Below, piece by piece: positions 13,188 to 23,819 of a stretch of 64,000 nucleotides of DNA. The notes beneath the pieces were generated by a model that was not told the origin of the DNA, did no database searches, and was given only the letters and a program-made list of their open reading frames with translations. The DNA lies in the NCBI GenBank assembly GCA_030390025.1, contig CM059425.1, positions 163,558,001-163,622,000 on the forward strand, read 5' to 3'. Made by a program: the position numbers and the translations under genes. Every line of letters starts with the position of its first letter. Position 1 is the first letter of the stretch. The stretch is from Squalus acanthias. Taxonomy: Eukaryota.

Positions 13188-13910
13188 ATGGCCCGTAATT
13201 TGCAGTCAGCGGTGAAGCAAAGGTGTTTGCTTCGCTGCTGGCCCTGAAGTAAGCTTCCCACAAAGATCTCGTGATCTCTGTGGCGAGAAGTTCGGCTTTT
13301 CCGATGTTCAGTTGAGATCAGTGTAACGTAATGGGGAATCCCTAATGCGAGTTGCTGTGACGTCAACAAGCTGTGTAAGCAGCCAATCACAATGCAGAAT
13401 TCTCTCAGACTGGGAACCAGAAAGTAAATAAGCTCCTTTAAAATGTTATAGAGAGCAAAACAAAGATCGGGGCTCTCATATGAGGAAAAGGTAAACCTGA
13501 AATAAAGATGAACAAACTTTTAAAAAACAATTTTTTTTAATGTTTCATAAAAATTGTAATTTTTATTAAAATGGATACATTTGACAACACAAAAAAGGGC
13601 CATAACCTTTGTTTAGCAGTCAATAAGCTGTTAAAACCACAGTTACACCTAATCCAAAAGGGTCTAACTTTTAATGGGGTATTTAACAGCGATATTACCG
13701 TGGAAAAGCCGAAGTTTTCGTCAGTTTCACTTGTTTCCCTGATTAAACTGATTGCCAGCTACAGGGGGTGGGAGGGGGCACAGAGGTGGGGCACAGCACA
13801 GCCAGGGCCGGAACAGTGAATGACTGACTGCAACTTCAGGATTTCCGTGTTAGGATGCACATGCGCTAAATCCTGAAGTTGCGGTCAGTTTCAAAGGGGT
13901 AATAACAGTG
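13188..13910. mobile_element. Non-coding MITE-like insertion with an internal 22-bp hairpin
   Basis: Interrupts the CR1 EN coding sequence; starts 'tggcccgtaatttt' like other local MITEs; stem 13823-13889. Confidence 0.55.
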
Positions 13911-16007
13911 AACTCAGGAAAGGAAAAAGGGGAGCGGGGGGGGTGGCAGTATTGATCAAATAAACTATTACAGCACTAGATAGGGATGATGTACTTGAGG
14001 GTTCAAAGACAGAATCTATTTGGTTAGAATTAAGGAACAATAGAGGAGCTATTACACTACTAGGTATATAGTATAGGCCACCAAATAGTGGGAAGGAGAT
14101 AGAGGAGCAAATTTGCAGCCCAATTACAGAAAGATGCAATAATTATAAAGTAGTTATAATAGGGGACTTAACTATCCTAATATAAACTGGGATAGTAACA
14201 GTGTCCAGGGCAAAGAGGGAGAGGAATTCTTGAAATGTGTACAAGAGAACTTTCTTGATTGTGTGTTTCCAGCCCAACAAGGAAGCAGTGTGAATCTAGT
14301 TCTTGGGGATGAAGTGAGGCAAGTAGAGTATGTTTCAGTGGGGGAGCATTTGGGGAACAGTGATCATATCATCAGGTTTAGAATAGTTATGGAAAAGGAC
14401 AAGGAACAATCAAGTGTAAAAATACTTAACTGGAGGAGGGCTAACTTCAGTGAGTTGAAAAGAGAGCTGGCCCAGGTGGATTGGAATCAAAAATTGGTGG
14501 GCAAATCAGTAATTGAACAATGGGAGGCTTCAAAGAGGAGATAGTTTGGGTACAGAGTAGACACATTCCACGAGGGGGAAAGGAAAGGCATCCAAAGCTA
14601 GAGCTCCCTGGATGACTAAAAATATAGAGATTAAAATGAAACAGAAAAAGGAGGCTTATGACAAATGTAAGGTTGATAATACAGTAGAGAACCAAGCTGG
14701 ATACGAAGAGGGTTGACGAGGGTAATGAGTTTAATGTTGTGTATATGGACTTTCAAAAGGCATTTGACAAAGTACCACATAATTGACTTGTAAGCAAAAT
14801 TAAAGCCCATGGGATTAATTTGAAGTGGCAGCATGGATATGAAATTGGATAAAGATCAGAAAGCAGAGTAATGGTGAACGGTTGTTTATCAGACTGGACG
14901 GAAGTATACAGTGGTGTTCCCCAGGGGTCGGCATTAGGACCAATGCTATTTTGGATATATATATAAATGACCTGGACTTGGGTATACAGGCCATAATTTC
15001 AAAGTTTGCAGATGATATGAAACTCGGAAATGTAGTAAACAATGAGGATAGTAATCATAGAATGGTTACAGCGCAGAAGGCCGCCATTCGGCCCGTTGAG
15101 CCCGTGCTGGCTCTCTGCAAGAGCACTTCAGCTACTCCCACTCCTCCGCAGCTCTACAAATTTTTTTCCTTCAGGTACTTATCCAATTCCCTTTTGAAAG
15201 CCACAATTGAGTCTGCCTCCACCACCCTTTCAGGCTGTGCATTCCAGATCCTAACCACTCACTGCATAAAAAAATTAGACTTCAGGAGGACATAGACAGA
15301 CTGGTGAAATGGACAGACACACGGCAAATTAATTTAACGCAGAGCTGTGTGAAGTGATACATTTTGGCATAATGGGGAGATGCAATATAAACTAAATGGT
15401 ACAATTTTAAAGGGGGTGCAGGAACAGAGAGACCTGGGGGTGTATGCACACAAACACTGGTTAGTCCTCAGCTGGAGTATTGTGTTCAATTCTGGACACC
15501 ACACTTTAGGAAGCATGTCACAGCCTTGGAGAGGGTGCAGACGAAACTGACCAGAATAGTACCAGGGATGAGGGACTTCAGTTATGTGGAGAGACTGGAA
15601 AAGCTGGGGTTGTTCTCCATAGAGCAGAGAAGGTTAAGAGGAGATTTGACAGAGGTGTTCAAAATCATGAATGGTTTTGATAGAGTAAAAAGAAATTGTT
15701 TCCAGTGGCAGAAGGGTCGATAACCAGAGGACACAGCTTTAAGGTGATTGGCAAAAGAACCACAGGCGACATGAGGACATCTTTATTCTTTTTTTAAATG
15801 CATCAAGTTGTTGTGATCTGGAATGCACTGCCTGAAAGGGTGGTGGAAACAGATTCAATAGTAAGTCAAAAGGGAATTGGATAAAACTTGAAGGGAAAAA
15901 AATTACAGGGCAATGGAGGAGCAGGTGGAGTGGGACTAATTGGAAAGCACGATGGGCCAAACGGCTACATTCTGTGCTGCATTATTCTATGATTCTGAGG
16001 CTTAGAA

Positions 16008-16880
16008 TTCATAGAAACTTACAGCACAGAGGAGACCATTCAGTCCATCGTGCCTGTAAGTGGCTCATCCTCAAATATCTGTCCAACTGTTGTAAAATTA
16101 TTTATGGAATCAGCTTCCACCACCTTTTCAGGTAAAGCGTTCCAGATCCCGACAACTCAATGAAAAGATTTCTCCTCATCTCCCCTCTAGATCTTTTTCC
16201 AATGATTTTGAATCTGTGACCTTTAGTTATTGACCCACTTGCCAGAGTGAATTTGTTTTACCTATTTACTCTTATCAAAACCTCATCATCTTGAAAACCT
16301 CTATTAGGTCAACTCTTAACCTTCCCTATTCCAAGGAGAACAGTCCACTCATAAGTGAAGTCCCTCATCCCTGGTAACCCTCCTCTGTACCCTTTCTAAT
16401 GCCTTTACATCTTTCCTGAAGTGTGGTGCCCAGAATTGTCCACAATACAGGCCTAAGCAGTGATTTATAAAGTTCTAGCATGATCTCTTTGCTTTTATAT
16501 TCTATTTATAAAGCCAAGTAACCCATATATTTCTTTGACCACCTTATCAACTTGCCCTGTCACCTTTAAGGATTTGTGTATATGGACACCAAGGTCTCTG
16601 CTCATCTACACTTTTGAAAAACATGCCATTTATAGTATACTGTATTTCCATATTAGTCCTGCCAAAGTGCATCACTTCACAATTCTCCACATTGAACTCC
16701 ATTTGCTATGCTTCTGCCCATTTCACCATCCTGTCTATATCAGCCTTCTAGCCTACAACGATCTTATGATCTACTACTTTGCCAAGTTTTGTATCATCTG
16801 CAAACGTTATAATGCTGCTTCCTACACCCGAGTCTAGATCGCTTATAAAAACTGCAAAGAGTAATGGACCCAAAACTGAC
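16008..16880 (-). mobile_element. Old CR1 fragment
   Basis: CR1 tail followed by degenerate RT/C-terminal sequence on the minus strand. Confidence 0.7.
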
Positions 16881-18527
16881 CTTGGCAGTTGGCAGCTTCG
16901 CTTTTATTTTGATTTTTCTTGCCAGAGGCAAAATTCAGGAGCACACGCTGAATATCATGCACAGTGTTATTTTTGTGCACTGGCTGCACAATGCACTGAT
17001 ATCCACGTGCTCCAAGAAAATCAGCCCATTTGATTCCGCTGAATTTTCCTTTATTACCCGTGTGGGAAAGCACTGCACGGGGAAACCAAGTGTGAACTGG
17101 CATCCTACCACTCTGTAGTGCAGCAAATTACTGTAGCCACTTGCACAGGTTAGTCAAACTATTTAATCTGTGGGATTATGAATAAAGTAGGTCATTCCTG
17201 ACCAAAGTCAGTTTTTAAATGCATAAGCCATAATATATTTCACAGCTGCTGCAACTTGATGTTAGTAAGGGTAGTGTTTCAATAACTAACAAGTGAGACA
17301 TGCATAATAAGTGAGCAGTGGTGTAAAGGAAGACAGAACGAGGAAAATAAGGCCAAATATTGATACACTGTTGCATATCAAATTTCTTGACTATGTTCAC
17401 AAAGTGCTGTTTTACTGTTAATATTTTATTTTTTAAAAGCTAGTTTTCAGTTGTGGAGTCAGACCTTGGGAGCTTACTGCTGGCGAGAGACACGAGAACC
17501 TCACTATGTGTAAACACCTCTATTAGCAACAGTAGACATAAGCCAGTAGGAGTAAGAAATGGGCCCAAATCAGGATGGATGGTTAGCGAGTGGGGTGAAA
17601 GTCTGGAACAGTGGGAGAGGTGTTTTAAAGATAACACTTCATTGGCCGTTTTCCATTATCTGCAGAACTATAGGAGCAGGATATGGTGTGGATAACACAA
17701 GACATAAAGAAGCACAGATTTTCCTGCACACACTGCCCCAGTGTTAGACCAGCTCCATGTTCAGCAGGATGTCCCGGTCCAAGGACACCGCAGGGCCTAG
17801 TACAAATAGAAGGTGCAGCTAGAGAGGCCTTTTACCCCATTTCTCTGGGTTAGGTCTCTCTGTGCCTGGTACCAATGGGTGCAGCAGTATATTGCTACCT
17901 CGAGGTTGCGTTGGGGGTCTCTTGTATGTATTAGCCCCAATTTTCATGCATAATGAGGCTCCAACTCGAAATGAGTGTGGGCCGCCCTTATGAAGGCCTC
18001 AAACAAAATGACAGTGGGGAGATCGGTCAGCGGAGCGGTGCAGCTGCAAAACAGCTAGTACATTGCTTTTATAGTTGTACTGAAGTGGAAAAAGGAGGCT
18101 CCTGTTTGACTAAGCAAAGTGATGTCACTGCAAACGTTAAAAAAAAAATCACAATTCCTTGCATAATTATTGCTTCCACCATAGGAAAAAATTTTTTTTT
18201 TTTAAAACAGAAATTTTTAAAACTCTAAATGGCAAAGAATGAAGGTAAGCTCTAGTAATTATTTGAAATGGTTTGTTTCCTGGAAGTCCCTCTGTTAATG
18301 TAACATCTTATTACAGGGAACTGCAAATCTTTAATTTACTTAATTAGATCATTCTGGTTGGAGAATTCGGCTGCACAGACTCTTTTAAACTTTCAAATGG
18401 AGGTTCCACCAGACAGAACCTCAGATGGTGTAGCAAAACAGAAAAAAGCCAAACAGCTCATTAAAGTAAGTCCACAGTGACAACAGCATTATTAATTTCA
18501 ATCCTTTTATTACATTTATATGCACAG

Positions 18528-18643
18528 AGGAAGAGCAAGCATTCGTGGAAAATCACAGATGGCCCTCAAGTTCCTACTTGCAGGAGCTGACTGAATACAG
18601 GCATCACATTCACTCCGGGAGATCTCGTTGTACTATCATGTAA
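18528..18643 (+). CDS. RHOBTB3: RHOBTB3 last coding exon: EEEQAFVENHRWPSSSYLQELTEYRHHIHSGRSRCTIM*
   Basis: tgcacAG acceptor 18526-18527, TAA at 18641-18643; HRWP motif and C-terminal CAAX (CTIM); too short for the ORF track. Confidence 0.95.
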
Positions 18644-19032
18644 TAGTCTATCAACCAGCCCTTGGATACCTATTGAGATTGAAAGATTGGACATTTAGAA
18701 AACCATGATAGAAAAAAAGGGACAGAAGCAAGCTGCATCTCACAAGCTCAATGGATGCAAGTAAGCTTGAAGAAACTAGACTGTGAACACCCTGAATTCA
18801 TATTCACTACAATATTCTGTTTGTTCTGTTGGCATGCAGTTCTCATGACAAGCCTAACCACATCTTGGATTAAGTTCTGGAATACCGTCTAACATTAAGA
18901 CAGACAGCTCTAAAGTCTTATTTCAGTGGTGAATTTATGGGTCGTGCCCATAAAATGTTAAGAATGGTATGAATATATACCTTCTTATCCATTTTGCTGA
19001 TGGGGCTTAGTTTCTGTCAAACAGATCTTAGA

Positions 19033-19038
19033 AATAAA
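19033..19038 (+). promoter_or_regulatory. Candidate RHOBTB3 polyadenylation signal AATAAA
   Basis: AATAAA about 390 nt after the stop codon; no transcript evidence. Confidence 0.3.
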
Positions 19039-20194
19039 TAGTGATGCATATAATAAGCATAGTTGATTTTGACTACTTACACATTGGCCTGAAATGTAAA
19101 ATCAGGAGGCGGGCTGGGAGGGGGGAGACTAGGAAGCGGTCAGGAAACCCGGGAGAACGGCAGGGCCTGATTTGCATTTCAAACCTGTTTCCCGCCCACA
19201 GCCAACCAGAGAAGCTGGCTGGCTGCAGGCGGGTAGGCTTGCGGCACTAGGCCGCAGAGAGGAGGGAGGGAGACAAGATTGGGGGCCGGGGCCTGCGAAA
19301 CATGACCAGCCAGTTAAATTTGAAATGCAGGTTAAATCTGAGGCACGCTAGCCTAATTATAAAATTTAAATGGGTGACTCGCCTCCTGGGATTCGATTGG
19401 CTGCCTGCCCCCGTTAAAACCGGAAATATGTGGGTTGGAGGCGGATTCGGGTCGGGATTCAGTATTTTTAACTTCCCACCCGTTTTTTGGGGTTAAAATT
19501 CCCCCCCCCCCCCCCAATCTCCAAGTCAGATACTGTGATCGATGTGATAATCCATCCACATATGTTGCCTAAGAACTGGGCCAGACAACAGGTGGCAGGA
19601 ACACTCAGCTCCAGTTCCCCCATATTAAAAATGTCACTGTTGGTGGGGTTGTTTTTTTGACATGGTTAGAATCACAGTACAGACAATATTGTATTAAGGC
19701 GTAACACTCCTGAGATTTGCAATAATGATTATCTGCAATGTTTTACAGAACTCTACCTGGGCTGGAGAGACTTCCTCTTTAGTTCATCTTGTATAAACTA
19801 ATTAATAACTACAGAATACCCTCAAATCTACTCCGTGGTATTAAGTCAGCTAGTATTACAATGGTAATGTAGTGTTTACACTTAAGATTATTGCATCCTT
19901 TCTAATGGGAGTGTGAAACCATTGTCGCAATAATGCAAACCCAATTCTGCTGTTTATTATATGAATAATTAACATCAGGCAATAAAAATAGAATATTGGA
20001 AATACACAGATTAGTCAGCATTTGTAAAGAGATGGACCCTTTGTCAGACCTCACAGGGACTACACACAAAACATTAACCTATCTTCTTTCATTGAAATGA
20101 TGACCGACCTGATGTGTATTTCTAGCATTTTCAGCTTTCAATTAAAATTTTGGGAATTTGCAGTCTTTTTATCTCTGCAGTTAGCTAACAATAT

Positions 20195-20412
20195 AGGGTG
20201 GTAGAAGTTTGGAACTCTCTTCCGCAAATGGCAACTGATGCTAGATCAATTGTTAATTTTAAATCGGAGATTGATAGCTTTCTGTTAACCAAAGGTATTA
20301 AGAGATATGGGCCAAAGGCGGGTAATATGGAGTTAGATCACAGTTCAGCCATGATCTCATTGAATGGCAGAGCAGGCTCGAGGGGCTGAATGGCCTACTC
20401 CTGTTCCTATGT
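20195..20412 (+). mobile_element. CR1 3' end fragment
   Basis: 'VVEVWNSLP...FKSEIDSFL' plus 'gaggggctgaatggcctactcctg' tail. Confidence 0.8.
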
Positions 20413-21396
20413 AACCGACTGAATAAGTTACTATTTTCTATATTTAGGGGGTCTACGATGAGGAGACATCAATTTTAAAATCAGAGCGAGGGGAGTGTTT
20501 AGCAGAAATTTATTTAAAGCCTGCAATGGTTATTGGAGCACGGGATGCTTGGCTATAGGGAATGCTTGAGGCAGAACAGAATGACTCTTTTAAAGAAAAA
20601 TTGAACAAAATATTAGATGATGATACAGGGCGATGCAAAGGGAGCAGAGAAATGAGATTCGTCTAGGATTACTCTAGCACAGCACAGACAATATGTTCAA
20701 AACCCCTACTTCTAAAATCTGAATACAATTAAAACATTAAAATTTTTATCCAAATATCCATTTCAATTAGCAAAAGTAAGCTGTAAATATTTTTGTTGTA
20801 CAGAAGAGTATTGAAGCACAAGTAAAGATGTTCAGCTATGAGCTTGTACATCAATGAGATTAAGAGCTCCTTTGAGTGCTATTGCAAGCACCAACCTCCT
20901 ATCACTCCATGGTGCTGCTCACTCATGCATCTGTGCACGGCAACACCTGGCTTCCCACATAAAAGTTTTAAAGCTACTTATCTTTTCAATTTGGCAATGG
21001 TGAAGGGCAATTTAACATATTAATCTGTGCTTGCTCCCCCCCCCACCACCCAACCCACACATTCTGTTCATTTTAGATTCACACATATTGTAAAAGCTAA
21101 TCACAATTTACATTCACCACATTATAACTTGTAGTGAATGATCACAACACCATGCCGTGACATTATTCTGGTTCGTACTGTAGGTTAGTTTGTCTTGGTG
21201 GGGGGTTTTTTGTTTTGAAAAGGCGGCTATATATTTTCTAGTAAAATCATTTTGAGCGTCTTCTCTTCATTAATAGCTTTCATAGTTTTCTGGCACTGGA
21301 GGCCTGAATAACAGGCAAAAGAGGCCACCTGGAGGTTGGAAACCGCTGCTGCACTGCATACTCAACACAATTCCAGTCAGTTCATTTTACCTGGGA

Positions 21397-21507
21397 TTAT
21401 ATGGCACCAATGGCGCTCAGCTTGTCTTTCAACGCTCCGTTCCTTTCCAGCTGCTCAACATCTGAACCACCTCCAACACATTCAGTCCCAATGAACACAC
21501 GAGGCAT
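21397..21507 (-). CDS. GLRX: Glutaredoxin-1 exon 2: MPRVFIGTECVGGGSDVEQLERNGALKDKLSAIGAI*
   Basis: Minus strand ttgtAG acceptor (21509-21508), phase 0 join to exon 1; PRVFIG..C.GG.SD glutaredoxin motif; not in the ORF track. Confidence 0.93.
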   Translation of the reverse strand: MPRVFIGTECVGGGSDVEQLERNGALKDKLSAIGAI

Positions 21508-21828
21508 CTACAATAGAATCAGAACTATTACTTTTAATCAGAAGGGACAACTCATAACTTACACTATTAATACTGTCCCTCAACTCTCTTTAGCTCCATC
21601 AATAAGCAAGCCATCTTTTTTAGATTGGTACAGTTTCTATTATTGCCAAAGAAGTAGAGATTGGAATGAGTGACACAAGTCCAGATAATATAACCAGCTA
21701 AGGGTGATTAAAGAGATATTAATTGATTAATGGTAGCAAAATACTGCGGATGCTGGAAATCCGAAATAACAATAGAAAACGCTGGAAAAACTCAGCAAGC
21801 CAGCCAGCATCTGTGGAGAGAGAAACAG

Positions 21829-21865
21829 AGTTAACGTTTCAGGTCGAAGACCTTTCGTCAGAACT
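21829..21865 (-). ncRNA. Minimal hammerhead ribozyme motif in the left pLTR
   Basis: Reverse complement of the 22988-23024 motif. Confidence 0.75.
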
Positions 21866-22987
21866 GGAAAAAAGCAGGAAATGAAATAGATTTAAAGCAA
21901 GTATAATGCTGGGAAAAGGGGGAGGGGATGAAAGAATAAAAGGGAAGGTCAGTGGTAGGATAGAAAGCAGGAGAGATTAAGAGACATTAAGAGATATTCA
22001 AGGCAAGAGGAGGTGGTAATGTGACAGGTTGAGGCTCGATGAAGTGTGAATTGCGCTGGCAGAATGAAGGACAGCTGCCAGTTTCTGGGAGGGAAGAAAA
22101 AAAGGGCCAAACAAAAGGGTGGATGAAAAAATAAAATAAAAATATATATATATGTGATATGATCTGAAATTGTTGAACTCTATGTTGAGTCCAGAGGGCT
22201 GTAGAGTGCCTAATCGAAAGATGAGGTGCTGTTCCTCGAGCTTACACTGAGCTTCCGTGGAACAATGCAAGAGGCCGAGGACGGTGAGGTCAGAGTGGGA
22301 GTGGAGCGGTGAATTAAAGTGACAGACCACCGGGAGCTCGGGGTCCCCCTTATGGACTGAACGGAGGTGTTCTGCAAAGCGGTCACCCAATCTGCGTTTG
22401 GTCTCCCCAATGTAGAGGAGACCACATCGTGAGCAGCGAATACAGTATACTAAATTGCAGGAAGTACAAGTAAATCGCTGTTTCACCTGGAAGGGGTGTT
22501 TGGGGCCCTGGACAGTGGGAAGGTATAAGGGCATGTGTTGCATCTCCTGTGCTTGCACGGGAAGGTGCCGGGCGAAGGGGAAGGGGTGGTGGGGGTGGTA
22601 GAGGAGTGGACTAGGGTGTCGCGGAGGGAGCGGTCCCTGCGGAATGCTGAAAGGGGAGGTGAGGGGAAGATGCGTTTGGTGGTGGGATCACGCTGGAGGT
22701 GGCGGAAATGGCGGAGGATGATCCGTTGAATGTGGAGGCTGGTGGGGTGAAAGGTGAGGACAAGGGGAACTCTATCGTGGTTCCGGAGGGAGGGGCAGGG
22801 GTGAGGGCAGAAGTGCGGGAGATAGAACGGACACGGTCGAGGGCCGTGTCAACCACAGTAGACTGTAGACTCTTAATCTCTCCTGCTTTCTATCCCACCA
22901 CTGACCTTCCCTTTTGTTCTTTCATCCCCTCCCCCTTTTCCCAGCTTTATACTTGCTTTAAATCTATTTCATTTCCTGCTTTTTTCC

Positions 22988-23024
22988 AGTTCTGACGAAA
23001 GGTCTTCGACCTGAAACGTTAACT
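22988..23024 (+). ncRNA. Minimal hammerhead ribozyme motif in the right pLTR
   Basis: AGUU-CUGACGA-A-AGGUC(UUC)GACCU-GAAAC-GUU-AACU; stem I AGUU/AACU, palindromic helix III ACGU. Confidence 0.75.
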
Positions 23025-23099
23025 CTGTTTCTCTCTCCACGGATGCTGCCTGGCCTGCTGAGTTTTTCCAGCGTTTTCTGTTGTTATAATTGATTAATG

Positions 23100-23800
23100 G
23101 ATATTTCCCTTGGATTGGAAGGTAGCTCATGTAGTTCCTATTTTCAAAGAAGGGAACAAATCAGAGCCAGGAAACTACAGGCCCATCATCTGGACATCCA
23201 TCATTAGGAAGATGTTTGAAGGGATCCCAAGAGATGTCCTTCATAGAGAAGGGGCCATTAGAAATACTCAACATGGCTTCCAGAAAAGAAGCTTGTGTCT
23301 TAGAAAGTGGATGTGAGGTTTTTTTAAAAAGTCACTAGGTTAGTGGATGAGGGCAATGAAAGCCTTTGATAAGGTACCTCACATTAGATCACAAGATAGA
23401 ATCGTGTTAAGTAACATAGCATCTCGTGGCATCAGTGGGAATTTGATATGCTGGATATGGAATTGACTCCAATCCCACAGCCAAAGTTGTGGTTAACAGG
23501 TGTGCACCAGCCTGGAAGGTGTTGCCGGCTGGTGCGGTGTATATACCTTCAAGAGGGAGCTGGACCAGTTCTTGACTGGGGAAGAGATCGCATCATATAG
23601 AAGGTAAGTGGATTACTGATTTTGATCACCTGAGGGAGTCAGAGAGGAATTTACAAAGTATTTTTGCCCTCATTGGCCCTGGGTTTTTTAACCTCTCCCA
23701 GAAGATTACATGTCTGCGGGGGAGGGTCAGGGAGAAGGTACAAGTGTCTAGTCATGATGCTGCAGCTGTCATGAGTGTTGGACCAGCTTGTATTTTCCTG
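23100..23800 (+). mobile_element. Degenerate CR1-like fragment
   Basis: 'DWKVAHVVPIFKEGNKSEPGNYRPI', 'QHGF', 'KAFDKVPH'. Confidence 0.7.
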
Positions 23801-23819
23801 CCCATCATTTTCGTACATT

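Larger units (their letters stand above)
12340..15995 (+). mobile_element. Degenerate, internally deleted CR1 LINE split by three later insertions
   Basis: EN start 'CVNARSIINKHGEL', 'YRPPN', 'HLGNSDH', 'KFADD' and C-terminal motifs in order; inserts at ~12636-13117, ~13188-13910 and ~15054-15274. Confidence 0.85.
21734..23086 (-). mobile_element. Penelope-like element (family A): GIY-YIG endonuclease 3' fragment flanked by inverted pLTRs
   Basis: ORF 21998..22558 'FTCTSCNLVYCIRCSRCGLLYIGETKRRLGDRFAEH...HFN'; inverted arms; 14-bp TSD taattgattaatgg at 21720-21733 and 23087-23100. Confidence 0.92.

Noticed and set aside
18300..18470. Possible extra RHOBTB3 exon ending at a GTAAGT near 18466
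   Set aside because: No similarity to RHOBTB3, and the flanking exons already join in frame without it
19084..19515. GC-rich block after the RHOBTB3 stop as a CpG island
   Set aside because: Its ends resemble local MITE termini, so it is probably a repeat, but the TIRs are too degenerate to call
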